Origin: Vicugna vicugna
Taxonomy: Eukaryota
Direction: 5' to 3'
Assembly: GCA_013265495.1 (NCBI GenBank)
Contig: MU058844.1
Span: 5,765,260-5,829,259, forward strand
Length of the DNA stretch: 64,000 nt
The translations under genes and the position numbers were made by a program. The notes under the pieces were generated by a model. It saw only the letters and a list, made by a program, of their open reading frames with translations. It had not been told where the DNA came from and made no database searches. Each line of letters begins with the position of its first letter. Position 1 is the first letter of the stretch. This document shows positions 13,346 to 27,189 of the stretch, piece after piece.

Positions 13346-14094
13346 CTTACTATCACAAGAGATCCTTTCTCTGACTTTTTTCAATTTCTTCCCCCTCCCG
13401 CTACTAGTTCCTGCTGCCTTCATGCACTGGGGTCCACAACCTACAATATTCTGTAACAGCATATTTAGTAATTAAAATTTCTGTTAAAGATACTTTTTTC
13501 TTCCTTTTCTTCTTACCTGTTTTCTTCTGCCCAGGTTTTCAGATGTGCTTTTTACTGGATTATCTTAATTTGCTCTTTGGTTCTTCTCTCTAGCAAATGA
13601 ATGCTGATGTAATAAATAAAATACAAATCTCAGAATAGCAGAGGACTTTAAATGCCATCAAATCCTATTTTTTCAGGCAAGGGAGGTTAAATTAAAAACA
13701 AAACTCTTTAAAGTTTCCCTTTATTTCTAATCAATTGCTTTTTTGCGTTCCCATAGGAAGTTACCCATACCTCTATTAGAACACCCATTACGTTGTTATA
13801 CCTTGCTGTCTGTGAGTTTCTCTCTTTCTGCATGACAGTACCTTCCAGATTAGAATGGCAGACATAATTCTGCACAGTAATATATTCAGTGTAAGTTGAC
13901 TTTGTCCAAGAAAAATGTCATCCTTAAGCATGCCATGGAAGCAGTGTGTTTTTTCATGGAAAATATATATCTCAGTGGAGATGTGCCATGAGCTATAGCA
14001 ACCTACAAGTTGTTTAATTATCCAGCTTCACTGTGAATACTGGGACTAGCAGGTAGAAATAAGCCTTTGTTAAACATGGAATTTGTTAAATATC

Positions 14095-14517
14095 TGTATC
14101 AGTCAGTGTGGGCTGCCTCAACAAAATACCAGACAGTGGGTGGCTTAGACAAGAGAAATTTATTTTCTCACAATCCTGGGGGTTGGAAAGTCTATGATCC
14201 AGGAGACTGTAAATCTGGTTTCTGATGGGAGAACTGTCTTCCTGGGTTTTTGATGGCCATCTTCTTGCTTGCATCTTCACATGGGCCTTTCTTCTTGGAT
14301 ATATGGAGAGAGAGCGCTCCCTGCTGTCTTTCGTTATAAGGACACTAATTCTGTAGGATCAGTGCCCTGCCCATATGATCTCCTATAGACCCTATTTCCT
14401 TCATTATCTCCTGATAGGCCTTATCTCCAAACACCATAAATACCATCACAATGGGAGTTAGACCTTCAATATATGGATTGGGTGGGTGGGAGAGGGATAC
14501 AGTTCAGTCCAATAGCA
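14095..14517 (-). mobile_element. MLT1A-type MaLR solo LTR with 5-bp TSD
   Basis: TG...CA termini and MLT1 motifs (aacaaaatacca, aaatttattttctcaca, aaggacactaat). Perfect TSD ATATC at 14090-14094 and 14518-14522. Confidence 0.92.
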
Positions 14518-14949
14518 ATATCTTCTGGTTATAAAAAGAAATAAAAAACAACTTTAGTTTTAATTATACCCCCCCCAGTATGCATCCACAATAGAATGTA
14601 CTACAGTGCTTCTCTCCATCTCTACCAACAAAGTTATAACCATCAGTACACAATCTCCTAATGCACATTCAGCTGAGAAAGGTGAGGTTTTTGCATGAGA
14701 ATGTCAGCTTGGAGGAAAAAAACCAGAATTGGAATCCTTAGAGGCATTTTCTCACGGACTGTTGTTGAGATGGCAGGTGTTAGGTTTAGATGTGAAATAG
14801 CTCACTTGATCACAGGTAAGTTAGATGGACAAATGGACAACCTAGTATTGGAATCTCTCCTCCTTCCATTATATGAAAAGAAATACGTGTGCATAGGCTT
14901 CTTAGTAAAGGAGTGAAAGAACCTGAGAAGCCTTTCGGAAGCTCCATCT

Positions 14950-15325
14950 GCAGTCTCTGCACATCTGCTTTACTGCCTTGACTTTCTTCTGTGCACATGA
15001 CCTCATTTTCCATCTTCAAAATCCACATGGCCACCTTAAACTGCTCATGTTTGCATCACTTGACTTCTAGGTATAGACAGTAGATCTAATTATCTGTTCC
15101 TGAATCCCAGTCCTAATTTGGAATCAGATTACAGAGAGAATCAGCCTGGCATGAGTACGAAGTTTGTTCCTAGAAGGACTGAGTATAGCCAGGAGGACTG
15201 GTCATAACATTTATGAGGGTTCGTTAAATCCCCTATTTCTGCATGTGAGGGTTGTTTGGATCCTAGCAGAAGACCACCACCCTGTGAAAAGGGGATGCTG
15301 ACTCTCCTAATAAAGCAGGCAAATT
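14950..15325 (-). mobile_element. Degenerate old MaLR LTR (MLT1K/L-like)
   Basis: Weak motif similarity (acatggccacc, cagcctggcatgagt, aaaggggatgctg). Confidence 0.35.
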
Positions 15326-15966
15326 TTGGCATAAACCTAATATTGCGATGAGGTAGAAAGACTGCTTTTTCTAACCTTACTCTCCTTGGCCTAAGAGTTT
15401 GGAGCTTTCAGATTGCAGAAGTTACTTTAACCAGGAATAGTCTTAGCAGATATATCTTGCATTTGAATTGTGTCATCTGCATGACCTAAACTATATGCTT
15501 TTAGTTATGATATACTGACTACCTGTGAAATTTAAATGACATTTTTTTCTTGATGACTAAAAAGCTAAATCTGGACATTAGGAATAGCTGGTAATTGGTT
15601 AGAAGTATTTTATATTTCCGTTTTGAAAAGTAAGGGTCATCACAAAAAAGGTTATATAACCTTTTCTGTACATCTAATGGAAAATGTTCAGTTTAAAGCG
15701 AGCCCTTAAAATGTTAAGAGAAATTGTCAGTTATAGCTAGCTAAAAGAATAATCAGAGTCTAAAAGAAGTCCTCTACTTAAATTTTCTAATGTTTAAATT
15801 TGTATTTTATTCTCATCTAAGTTATTTTGGGGAAAAGGGTCTGAGCAGCTATTTATATCTCAACTTAAATTGGATTGATTTTATATTATTGATAATTACT
15901 TGAGAAAACTTAAATCTGTTAATTTTTTGTCCTTTCAAGAGTTTCATCTCTTTTAAGAATTTATCT

Positions 15967-16363
15967 GGTATATCTGTTAACATTTGCTGCCTGCAGTTAA
16001 CCACCAAATCTCAGTGGCTTACAAAAAAGAATCACTCATATCTCAGGCTTTGAATCAGATAGTATTTGCCTGATCTGCACTTGCCTCAGTTCTGCCTTGT
16101 GTGACAAGCATATTCTTAAGGGACTAGCAAGCTAGCTAAAGCATATCCTTTTCATGGTGATGGTAGAAGGCAAGACAGCATGCCTAAAAGGGCAAGCACA
16201 TTCCATGTTTCAGCTTCCATCATACCTTGCACACTCCATGGGTCAAAGTGGATCATGACCAACATCAATATCAATGGCACAGAAGAATATCCTCCTCATT
16301 TATACGTTAGGGGAATCGAGAATGTAAAGAGGACATGCATATTTGCTGAATAATAACCCAACA
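15967..16363 (-). mobile_element. MLT1I/H-like MaLR LTR
   Basis: aaccaccaaatctcagtggcttac, cttttcatggtgatggtagaaggcaaga, atatttgctgaataataa. Confidence 0.7.
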
Positions 16364-16629
16364 CTCTGGAATGAAAATTCACATAAAGTATAATGTGTGT
16401 GTGTGTAGAGAATAGTCGTTCCCATTCACCATGTGTAGTGGGCAGTGACTATTGAAAGCATTTGCTGGTTGCTCCAAATAATTTTGTGAACCACAGAACC
16501 AGAGGCTTTAATTGACCTCATTTGACCCTAAAGGTTATTAGCAGGCACATTAAAAAATACACATGACATTTCTTAGTTATTTTTGTGATAAATACTGTAT
16601 TTTGACAGCACAGTGAATAATAATGGCAG

Positions 16630-17015
16630 TTGATGAGAGGGCCTAATAAATTCTAAGGAGTCAAGAAAAGCTTCCTTGAGAGAGTGACATTTAACATAAG
16701 ACTAAAGGAGCAAAGTTAATCAGGGTAAGAGGTAGAGAAAAAGAATTCCAGGAAAAAGTATTATGTTTGAAGGTCTTGGGGCAATAAAAAGAAACTTAAG
16801 ACCAGTGTGGTGATAAAAGGCATGGAGAGTGTTATAAAATACTGAATGATGGAGAGGGCAGAACAAAAAGAATCCTTTGACGTGTTAAACTTTTGGAATT
16901 TATTCTAGGATCAATGAAAAACCATTAAAGGATTTTAGGCTGGGTTTGGGTGACTTAATCAGATTTGCATTTGTAAAAAGGTCATAGTAGCTGCTAGATG
17001 AGGAATGGATTAGAT
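16630..17015 (-). mobile_element. L2 fragment (first piece of an interrupted L2)
   Basis: gaaaagcttccttgagagagtgacattt, ccattaaaggattttagg, atcagatttgcattt. Confidence 0.75.
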
Positions 17016-17024
17016 CACACTATC

Positions 17025-17710
17025 AAATCTTGAAGAAAATGAGAGCAGCTGAATTTCTCATGCATTATTGGTACGATTATAAATATGAAATTGGTAACAT
17101 GCTTTGGATTTGACATCACTAGTAAAGCTGAAGACTTAGATCCCCAACAACCTAGTGTTTCTACTCCTGTATTTGAAGAAACCCTTACATGTGCACATCA
17201 GAAGACATATATAGAAATGTTCTTTGAAATGACATCTTTAAATAGTAATTCATTAATTTATTAGTTAATTTTTAAAAAGGAACAGTGCCCCCAAATCTGC
17301 CAACATTAAAATAGATAAGTAAGTTATGATATATTTATGTACAATGGGATGTTATACAACAGTTTTGCATGACATATATGCATATCAGGAATACTATTTT
17401 GATTGAAAAAGGCAAGTCATAGAATAATACTCAAAGTGTTATTTTATAGTTAAGCATAGGAAAAATAAACAATATACTTTAGAGATACAGACATAAATGA
17501 TGATGTTTTAAGGACAGCATGGGAATAAATGTTAAAACTAAAAGTCAAGATAATGGTCATGTCGGGCTGAAGATAAAATCGAATAGGATCAGGAAGAAGC
17601 ACATCGAGGTTTCCTTAAGCTAGCTGATGGAGAAATGAGTGGTTTAGTATTTCAGCTTTATCTGTTTCTTAGCCTTTTATAATATCTTATAATTACTAAA
17701 TACTTAATAA
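17025..17710 (+). mobile_element. Old L1 (L1ME/L1MC-like) 3' region
   Basis: Degenerate ORF2 C-terminus and 3' UTR motifs (tttctactcctg, gaaacccttacatgtgcacatcagaagaca, gaaaaaggcaagtcatagaataa). Confidence 0.7.
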
Positions 17711-17806
17711 AACATTATAAAAATAAATCATAGAAGATTCACAGTATGTATAGACCCGTCTGAAGATTATTAGTGTAAATCAGGAGAAATACAGCGGATT
17801 GCTCTA

Positions 17807-18218
17807 CTGCCTAGGTTCTTGTCCCATTGCAGAAAGGATTCAGAGACGAGACATGGAGATTATCAGAAAGTAAAGTGAGGATCTATTAAGGGATAGATAG
17901 TTCACTCTCAAGGGGAGAGCAGGCAGGCTTAGGTGAGCAGCTGCCCTGAGTTTCCTTGGCAAGTCGGTTACATAGAGTGTAAAAATGAATGAGCAGAATA
18001 TTAATTGGGGAGGGAAGGGTTTAGGGGTCATATTCCCTGGTTTTCATCACAGCCCCACCTTCCTGAAGGGAGGAGGGATTCTGCCCAGGGAACCCTGTTG
18101 TTTACAGGATGTGTGATTTTCTTCATTTGGCCTGTGCCCTGCCTTTTTGCCCAGTTCCTGCCATTTGGCCTGCATGCCCCTTTCTCTGCTCACATCTAGC
18201 TATCTGCCTGCTCTAACA
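17807..18218 (-). mobile_element. ERV solo LTR, probably lineage-specific
   Basis: GC-richer 412-bp block starting TGTTAGAGCAGGCAGATAGCTAGATG on the minus strand. It is flanked by the direct repeat GCTCTA (17801-17806, 18219-18224) and interrupts L2. Confidence 0.75.
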
Positions 18219-18599
18219 GCTCTAGACTGAGGCAAACATGATGGAGGGAAGTCATGAGGACCTAGGAGGGAGGATGCTGTGGGAGACTGAAATACTGAGA
18301 ATTTTCTATTGTGGCCTTTGCATATATTTGATCTTTCAGCTCTTCTTTCATGTGCTCTTGCACATAAATTAGCTTCTACCCATTTCTTTCCACCCCTCTT
18401 GATATAAACCAGATTGTTCAGTGGCTGCTCATTCATGTAAAAAGTTGGTCTGTCCTTAGAACTAGCCCCATAAAACTTTCCACTCTCTTCCCCGAGGTTT
18501 GACTGCCCCTTTGGAGCCTTCTCATGCCTATCGTTTTTGTTAATAGATTCTTATGCTAGCAATTCTCTGGTTGATTTTCTTCCACAGTGTGATCCCCTA

Positions 18600-18933
18600 T
18601 ATGTGGGAGTTGAGATCGATTATTTTTTCATTCCAATATGTATTTGAGTTGCCTATGAGACATCCAAGTGGGAATATTGAAGAGAGCGCTAAATGTGTTG
18701 TCTAAAGCTCAGAGGAAAGTCTAAGTTGAAAAAGGAAAAAAAAATTGCGCATAGTATTAGCCGTAGGGGTGGATGAAATTGCCTAGGGAGAGGACATATT
18801 GTGCAGTGAGAAAAGCATCTGAGATTAAGTGCTGAGGACCTCAGCCTTTATACGTTGGATGGAGAAGGGAAAGCTGGCAATAGAGAACAATGAAGAAGAG
18901 CCAGGTGATGTGAGGGAAAACAGGAGAAGATGG
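18600..18933 (-). mobile_element. L2 fragment
   Basis: tttgagttgcctatgagacatccaagtgg, aagctcagaggaaag, ggatgaaattgcctagggaga. Confidence 0.8.
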
Positions 18934-19380
18934 TGTCATAGGTTATGTCTTCAGAAGCCAACCTTAGATAATGATTCATGTTCTAGTAATTTATTAGAAA
19001 AGTGCTCCTGGAGAAACTGGTGACGAAGTAGGGAAGAAACCAAGCAAGTGTGCAATCTCAGGCAGTCTTACTATAGCCTGACTCCTTAGGAAAGATCTGA
19101 AGGTGAATTGCTCCTCAGAATTGTTCCCTACTCAATGCAAATAAGTTTGATATCTATACTTCCCCACGATATTCACCAAACTCTGCTCCCCGAGGTTATT
19201 GACTCCTAGGTACTTCCTGTTCTCTGTCAAAGCTGCAATTGACTGCAAGCAAGTCTAAAATTATAATTGCACGTGAAGGAAGTTAGCAGCAAGAATAATG
19301 GGGGGAGGGAGGCATGGTATACAGAAATGATAAAAGCCATCAGAAGGAATCTGGATATAACACTTGTAAGTGTCTGCTAA
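18934..19380 (-). mobile_element. LTR33-like ERVL solo LTR inserted in L2
   Basis: Begins tgtcataggtt...cagaagcca...tagtaatttatt and ends gtgtctgcta, resembling the reverse of the recalled LTR33/LTR16 termini. L2 resumes after it. Confidence 0.6.
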
Positions 19381-19529
19381 ATATGAAATCATAGAATCCA
19401 AAAAGGAAGTTTCAAGACATGGCAGATTTTGCTACAAGTCTTTGAGAGTTTAAGGTGAACTCTGAAAAAATAGGTATTTATTAGATTTGGTCAAAATAGC
19501 ATGCCTAAATTTAGGCTTGCTTATATGAA

Positions 19530-20140
19530 CATGTCATATAAGAAGCTTGGACTTTATCCTTTAGACAATAAGAAGCCACTGAATGGTTTTAAGAAGGAGC
19601 ATAACAATGTCACATGGATAATTACCTCAATGAGGGCAGTGTAAGAAGGCACTCGAGGATATTCAATTGAAGCGTATTAACCATTGTGGAAGCTGTTGCA
19701 AAAGTTCAAGTAAGACATTAAAAAGACTTAAGGTAAGTAGGAGTGGACAGAATTTACTCTTTTATTTAAGAAATATTTAAGAGCAAATAAATAAAGGCTT
19801 AGAGTTCCATGAAGAAAAACAGTCATGGATGGCTACAGGTTTCTTTATTTGGTTACTGCATAGAGGAGTATGAGAAGGATGTTGAGAATAGTCTATTTTA
19901 GCATTGATAGGATGTGTGACAGGTGTCTCTGGAACATTCCTGTTGAGCTATCAGTTAGTTGAATATAAAGTCTGAAGTTTCGGAAGGAAGTTCAGGATAC
20001 CAGATATGAATTTGCACATCGTTGTCTTTATCATCATTAATATCTGAGTGGATAAGAAATCCCAGGAAAAGCTTATAGGGTAACAAAAGAAATAAGCCAA
20101 TAGGATCCTGGGTAATAGAATTCTTAAAGAATAATAAAGC
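19530..20140 (-). mobile_element. L2 fragment
   Basis: ttggactttatcct, aagccactgaatggttttaag, agttgaatataaagtctgaagttt. Confidence 0.7.
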
Positions 20141-20239
20141 CATATCAGATGCTAATTGACCAATTCTTTCAGTTTAGATAATATCTTTGTGATTTAGGTG
20201 CTTGTCTGGTCTCTTTATTGTACTCTCTATTCAAATGAT

Positions 20240-20540
20240 AATTAGAGATGACTTTCCTAGTCACTCCATCTAGAATATCTGTCCTCCACATTATCACCTC
20301 CAACCCTATTTTTTTCCTATCTCCTTACCTTCTTTTTATTTCATAGTACATACAACTAGCTGGCACTATACCATATATTCCTGGGTATATTTATTTCTTA
20401 CTTACTCCAGTAGAATTAAAGTTTCATGAAGGCAGAGTGCCATCCCACCACCACCACCAAATATATCCCCTGTTTTTAGACCACTACTTGGAACATAAAA
20501 AAGACTCATTAATCCTTAAATGCATAGATGAATGACTGAT
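20240..20540 (+). mobile_element. L2 3' end
   Basis: tagaattaaagtttcatgaaggcagag...gatgaatgactga. Confidence 0.7.
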
Positions 20541-21199
20541 ACATCCAACAGGCTTGTAGGGTGATTATTTTATGGACTCTTATCTATTTCCATTTTAAGC
20601 AGTATTGTTTGGAGAATCTAATTCCCTCTGTAAATTACAAATCTATTTTAAAAAAGCAAGATTTGATTCTCCAGTCATAATACAAATTCTTAAATTATTC
20701 TAAAGAAGCAGAACTATAATTTTAGTCCCAAAGAACAAAATTGCTTTCTTTTATAATCTTTCTATACTTAGACTGTATCTCTAAGCCAACCTAGTGACAG
20801 CAAAGATTCCTCAAGCATTTACTTGGTAATTAATTTGTGTCCAAATTCCACACTCATCTTAGTTCAGCAATGATATGCTTGGGATTAATGTATTGATAGA
20901 TCATCTCAATCTGAAAAGCATTCAGTCTATCCTGGTAAATTAGTATATTTCTACATGATATTAAGGTACTGCTAGATCAAAGATGGTACAAATATTCTGT
21001 AAAGGCCGTGTTCAAATCAGTATCACTTTGAGACGCACAGCTTCAGGGACGATATGTAAATAGTCATTGTGCATTTGAAATTATTACACACACACACTCA
21101 AAGAGATCTGAAGGATGCTCACAACTTTCTTTTTATCTTCCCAAGATTCATTTCTTTTTTTTTTCTTTATTTTTAGATAATACTACTTCCATATTCCCC

Positions 21200-21540
21200 T
21201 TGGGTAATTACACCTGTCCACCTTTTCATGCCACCTTACAAATAAGGTCATGCACACACTTTCCTCTGATAATCACATGGCTTTTTCTCTCCAGAACTTG
21301 AATTTTGAACAGAAAAACATTTAAACAAAAATATCAGGAACTGATTCTTACTTACGAGGTTATCTTAATGAGACTGCCCATTAGTTCCTCCTATCACAAT
21401 ACCAGAAACTCTTGGATCTTGTCAGTCTTGATTTTCAGTCTTTCCTGGGATTCTGGAAGCTACTCCATATGCTTGTAATAAGCTCATGCTATATTTTATT
21501 AAACATGAGCTTGATTCCTTTACTTGTAGTTAAAGGACAA
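21200..21540 (+). mobile_element. Degenerate old MaLR-like LTR
   Basis: The 3' end resembles MLT1J/K termini (tgagcttgattcctttacttgtagttaaag). Confidence 0.35.
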
Positions 21541-22594
21541 AAACAAATGCAGAGACCTATGATTCTTTTAGTGCCTGCAACTTGAGTAACATATATATGA
21601 GCAGGTAGGAGAAAGGAAATAATAAAAGTGTAGTTTTGTGGCATTACCTAAGATCCTATTTATTACTTTCTAGAATTTGGCATTGTTAATGGGCTTTTAA
21701 AATATTCAGTTGTCTAAAGGTATCCAGCAGATTTGTCCTTGGTGATTGGAGATGCCATGAATGATAACCTCATGCGTAGTAAAAGTTTCTTTTTCTAAGT
21801 TCAGCTAAAGTACCTCATTGTCGGCAAGCCTGTTATTAGATCGTCACGTATGACAAACGGCTTTCTTTTAGCCTCTTTCCCTCTTCGCTGTCCATCATCC
21901 TAGCCTTGGAGATCAGTGCTCTTCTCCTTTGAATGCGTTAGTCATTCATGAATAATGACATAAAAGCTTAGCTATGCTCTGGAAAGAGAGTCTTTTATTA
22001 TACATTTCTAACAACCATTAATATCTACAACACTCAGCGGTTTCTAATTTTCTTTTATAAAAGGACAGGCTGTAACTACATGTCAAAATGGCATGGGGTC
22101 CAAAACTATTACCAGTTTTTTATTAATGAGGATAAGAAAGGAAAAAATAGAAAAATGAGCTATATTATTACCAGACACAGGAAATCTTTGATTAAAAAAA
22201 AACGTAAAACACCTTTTTTGGAGGTGAGGTGGTCATTGCATTTATAAACATTAATTACCTCAAAAAACATACTATATCAAAAAGGATTTATTTTTCCATC
22301 TAAATCTCTTGGAGAATCTTTAAGAAACTAAAAACTTTAAACTTATCTTAGCTAAAATTTTGAAGTTAGGGTACATATTAACAAAATTATATATTTTCAT
22401 AATATTCTTGAGAAAGTATTACCCAAGAAAATATATGGAATAAAAATTGCTGGTTAACCAAGAATATTTTTTGAAATTATATTTGTGAATAACTTCAGCT
22501 AGAATATTAGGAAACAAAATATTATTTGAGTCTACATGAGAGGCTCTCATTTAGATTGAAATACATTGAAAACAAAATGGTCACAATTATGGGA

Positions 22595-22650
22595 GTTATA
22601 TATAGAGTTATATATATATATATGTTATATATAGAGTTATATATAACATA
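22595..22650. repeat. TA-rich tandem repeat (gttatatatagagttatatata x2)
   Basis: Directly visible. Confidence 0.85.
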
Positions 22651-23387
22651 ATTAGGATTATTTTATCTATATGTTGCTTTCTTTTCTTGAATTTAAGAAA
22701 AATGGAAAATTCAAGCACAGCACTGAAACCTTTGCATGCTTCTCTCAGATATCTTATGATAAAGTTAAATTGGGAATAAAGTCTTTTTAGTTTGGAATAA
22801 AATCTAGATTTAGGAGCGAAATTGCGTAGCATTAAGTTCTCCACAGAATAAGATGTTGTACTTCATTTTTGTTTTTTCCTAATTGAATATGTATCTTTCA
22901 AAAGAGCCAGGGCAATATCATTAATTAACTTCTTTCAGATTTTTTCTACTTAGGTAGACTTCATCTTCTTTACTTACCTACATGTTTATTAAAGATTCAT
23001 TAAAACCGAAAGTTTGGTTTTCATTGTGAATGCTAGCTTCTCTTTGGGTCTTTACATTCAAATTATTTTTCATTTACTAGGGGAGAAGGCAACAGTTAGT
23101 TACAGAATGACCTGCATTATGTTAAGCGTAACAAATCACTGTAATAAGCACTGACTCAATTCTATTTATGACTATTAGGGTAACTCTGAGTATGCTTAGA
23201 GAATGCAAGAGCATTTGAGGAAAAGGATTTGTCCATCTAGACTATTGCACTTTTCCAGGGAGGGACGATCTTCAAATGCTCTATCACGTAAACTCATTTG
23301 TTCCCAAATGCCTCCAAAAGTTTAGAAGGCAGGACAGGTAGTAATGTCTTCATTTATAACTAAGTCAAAAAGTTTAACAAGTGACTT

Positions 23388-23549
23388 TTGTAGTATAGTC
23401 AGTTTACAATGTTGTGTCAATTTCTGGTGTACAGCACAATGTTTCAGTCATCTATACACGTACATGTATTCATTTTCATACTCTTTTTCATTATATAGGT
23501 TACTACAAGATATTGAATTACTTCCTTGCATCTACAGAAGAAACTTTTT
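23388..23549 (-). mobile_element. Short 5'-truncated L1 tail with TSD
   Basis: Similar to the L1 3' UTR at 9.86-10.0 kb. Direct repeat GTGACTT at 23381-23387 and 23550-23556. Confidence 0.85.
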
Positions 23550-24709
23550 GTGACTTGATTTTTACGGGTGACAGAGTACTATAATAGTAAATATGTATCT
23601 CCAATCTCTCTGCTCTTAAGTCTCTCAGATATAATTAAAGAACAATCTAATCAAGTAAAAATGAGCAAATCAATCAATCTGCACTTTCTAAATGCACATT
23701 ACCTGCTATTTTTTTCGCAATAGATAATAACTGTAGAAGAGACTTTTGCATTGTGCTTGTATCAAAATCTATTGCATATATATTTTATTACCAGCAGAAT
23801 TACACGGAGATGCTAAGCCAAAGATTCAGGTGCTTTCTGTAGGAAAAAATTTAAAAATTTTAAAAAGGAAGAGGACATATGCAGTGCATAGAGTAGTAGG
23901 TTAAGGATTGAAATATGTGAATCTCTTTTATAGAGTATAGAATAATGATCATAACATCCATGAATTTATTTACAGGTAATGTAAATAAATTGAATTTTTT
24001 ATGCCAAACATACCTGTCTGATAGCCTAAGGTTTAAAACAAATTTCCTATCATAACATATGTTTTCAAAAGCAGTGGTCATTATGAGATTCATGGTTTTA
24101 GGCTATTTTCTGAGAGGTTAAAAAAGGAAAGACATGGCATTTAAGTAATTGTAAACTTTAAAACCTTCTTGGCTTTTTGATCATTATAAAAGAGCACACA
24201 CTTATGATAAGAACAATGAGGAATGTATCGTTTTCACAGAAAAGACTTGCCTGCTCCACCTGCTCAAGTGTCCTTACTTATTGTGTTGTTCTGATCTCCA
24301 ATGTAAACACAGTCGTTACCTTCTCCTCCAAAACTTTCTGGGTGTTGGAATCACCAGCACTGCGCTGGGGATTCTCAAAACCTTATGTTAATAAAGTTTT
24401 ATCCTCTCCTGGGTTTTCACCAAATACCATATTTGATAGTTGCTTTATGTATTTCATTTTTTTCCGGGGACTAGAGTTGGATTAATCAGTTTAAGGCACT
24501 TCATCATTTGTGCATGCACGGCTTTCTTATTCTTTGCTATGTCATACGGGTGCTGTCCTATCAGGCCTTACCCCAATTCTTTATTTTCCTTCTGTTTATA
24601 AGAATGTACCTAAAGCAGTGGCTATATACGTTAGACTTGTTGGAATCTTGTATATATTTGCCTTTATATGTATATTTTCAAAGGCAAATGTTACTGTGTT
24701 ACGATTTGT

Positions 24710-24940
24710 CTTTTTAAAGTTGCACACTTAGCCTTATTACGTATCATAAAATTCACCTATTCTCGTTGTGCCATTCATTGAATTTTAGTGTATTAACAGA
24801 GTTATGCCTCCATTGCCACAATTTAATTTTAGAACATTTCCATCAAGCCTCAAAAAAATTATGTGCTCATTTATAGTCACTCCTCATTTCTACCCCCAGC
24901 GCTCAGCAACCACTTGTTTAATTTCTCTCTGTATTTGCAC
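24710..24940 (-). mobile_element. L1MB-like 3' end
   Basis: cataaaattcacc, ttttagaacatttccatca, gtcactcctcatttc...cagcaaccact. Confidence 0.75.
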
Positions 24941-24999
24941 ATTGGGGGCTTTTTTAATAGAAGTAAATCCTGTGATATGATTTTAAGGAACAACTTGGC

Positions 25000-25560
25000 T
25001 CCACAGAATGCATGTGTTTATAACATTTATCAGTTATCTCATGTAAGGACACTCAGGTTACCTCTAATCCAGGGCCTTGCTTCCCAGAACAATGCTGCAC
25101 AAACACTTCTTCAAAAGCTCAAGCATTTCTGAAGAACACACAGAAGGTTTCTTGGTCATGTGGTATACAGATACATAATTTCACTAACGATCAGCAAATT
25201 TTCTACAAAAAGGCTACATCAATGTGCGTATCTGCCAGCAGTTTATGAGGCTAACTGGTTCCAAACATTACCAAAATTTGGTAGTGGTGGAAGGTTTTTT
25301 TTAAATTGTTGTTGATTTAATCAGTATAAGATTGTTTTAATTTTCAGTTGTTTCATTATTAGTGAACTGACTATCCCTTTGTACACATATTAGCCATTCA
25401 GGTTTCTCCTTCAGCGAATTTCATAATAATACTTTCCTTCCATTTTGCTTTTGCATTTTCTGTCCATGGATGCTACTGCATTTCTGTTATTTTGCAAGAA
25501 TACCTTGTATATTCTCATACTAATTCACGTTGTGTCAAATAGCTTCTCCCAACACATCAC
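25000..25560 (-). mobile_element. Old L1 (L1ME-like) ORF2 3' region
   Basis: aacaatgctgca, ccagcagtttatgagg, tattagccattcaggtttc. Confidence 0.65.
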
Positions 25561-27189
25561 TATTAATATTGTCTACCACAACTGTAATTCAACAAAAAGC
25601 AAATAGTATTTATGTCTTCCTATACCTCTTTTAAACAAGATTCTCCAAGCATGTCTATGGAGCAAAGAATTAACAAAGCACTTCTTTCACACACTTAGAA
25701 AAATACTTGAATCTCAAATAGTCAGCAGATAATTCTCCCAAGCAGAGAGTTATGGTGAACAGGTCACATTATTCTGGAACTAAGAGACTATGTAGACTCA
25801 GTAAAGAAACTGAATCTATCAAGATAATAAAAAAGTGAATGGTGCCATATGTAGAGATAAATACATAATTTGACTTAATTTGACATATCCATTTGGAATT
25901 CTTTTGCAAGTGGAAGTAACAGCAGTTAACACTGTCAATTTTTCATCTGTGCTTTAGTTACAAGACAATTTCTGCAAATAGTATAATTGTTTTTATATAT
26001 TTAATTGGGTTATGGAGGAACTGGTAAGAAGAGTGATTCTGGACAAAAGTTCAATAGAAAACTTCAGGGGAAAAAAAGTCCAAACATTATTGAACTTTAG
26101 AATCAATTTATATTGACAAAAGGAAAGTTCATATTCTACTTAGCATGAAGCTGTTCATTCCATCCCATTAAAAGCTACCTATTACATTTGCCTCCAAATA
26201 AGGCAACTATTTCAGATGTTCCAGCCAGTTGATCGGAAAGTACTTATTGAGTATTCATTAAATACATTGATGTTAGTTTCAGGATAAAGAGGTTTTTTTA
26301 AAAAAAAAAACACTTTAGCATTGCAATAAAAATTCATGAACATATACAGACTGGTGGTTCCTGAAATGATTTGATGTTGAAAGCTATCCGGAGAGAGGTC
26401 AACTTCTTACAAAAAAAGAAATTATGGAATTATTCTTTTCAATCATTCATACCATGTACAGTTTTACTGCCTTTAGTATTATCCTGATTTGAAATTGTAC
26501 TAGATGGTTTGATTCTTCTAATTGAATTAAACAGGGTACATGATAGTTGATATTTGAAGAATACTATTAATTGTAGCTACTATGTTAATGTATACAAAAT
26601 TTTATCTATATAATACACAGCCCACATAGCTTATTTTTTCAAATTAAATTGAATATTTTCTTAATAGTTGTGTTGTGCAAACTGAGAAAAAATACCTGTT
26701 TTATATATATATATATATGTATATATAAAACTTTACTCTTTACTTTGGTACTATTGTCTCGCTTATCAGTAAATTATCATTAAAGAGTCAGAAGTCTAGA
26801 AAGATAAACTTCAAAATCTGACTAGTAACATGAGCCAATAAAAATTCAGTAATATACGTCAACACATTTTTCTGGAGAATATTCAAAGTGATTTTTACTG
26901 AAAGAAAGAATTTATATATAACAAAAGAATAAATGGTAATTTCATTATGACTTTGAACTGTTGCAAAATGCTCTACTATTGATGAATATATGTCATATCA
27001 GCTATTTTCAGAGTCTTTACTTCAGGAAAATATAATGTCTCTAGAGAGTACCCAAATGTGGGGATACAAAATTATGAAAGAAATGGAAAACTCACCATAT
27101 CAAGAATATCTTAAAACAGAAACAGGAAGATAATAATCAACTGCCTGGATAAGGAAAAAAAAAGTAATATTTACTGATTTTCAAACATA

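Noticed and set aside
21480..21512. 9-bp inverted repeat AAGCTCATG...CATGAGCTT
   Set aside because: Short, lies within a probable LTR remnant, and is expected by chance.
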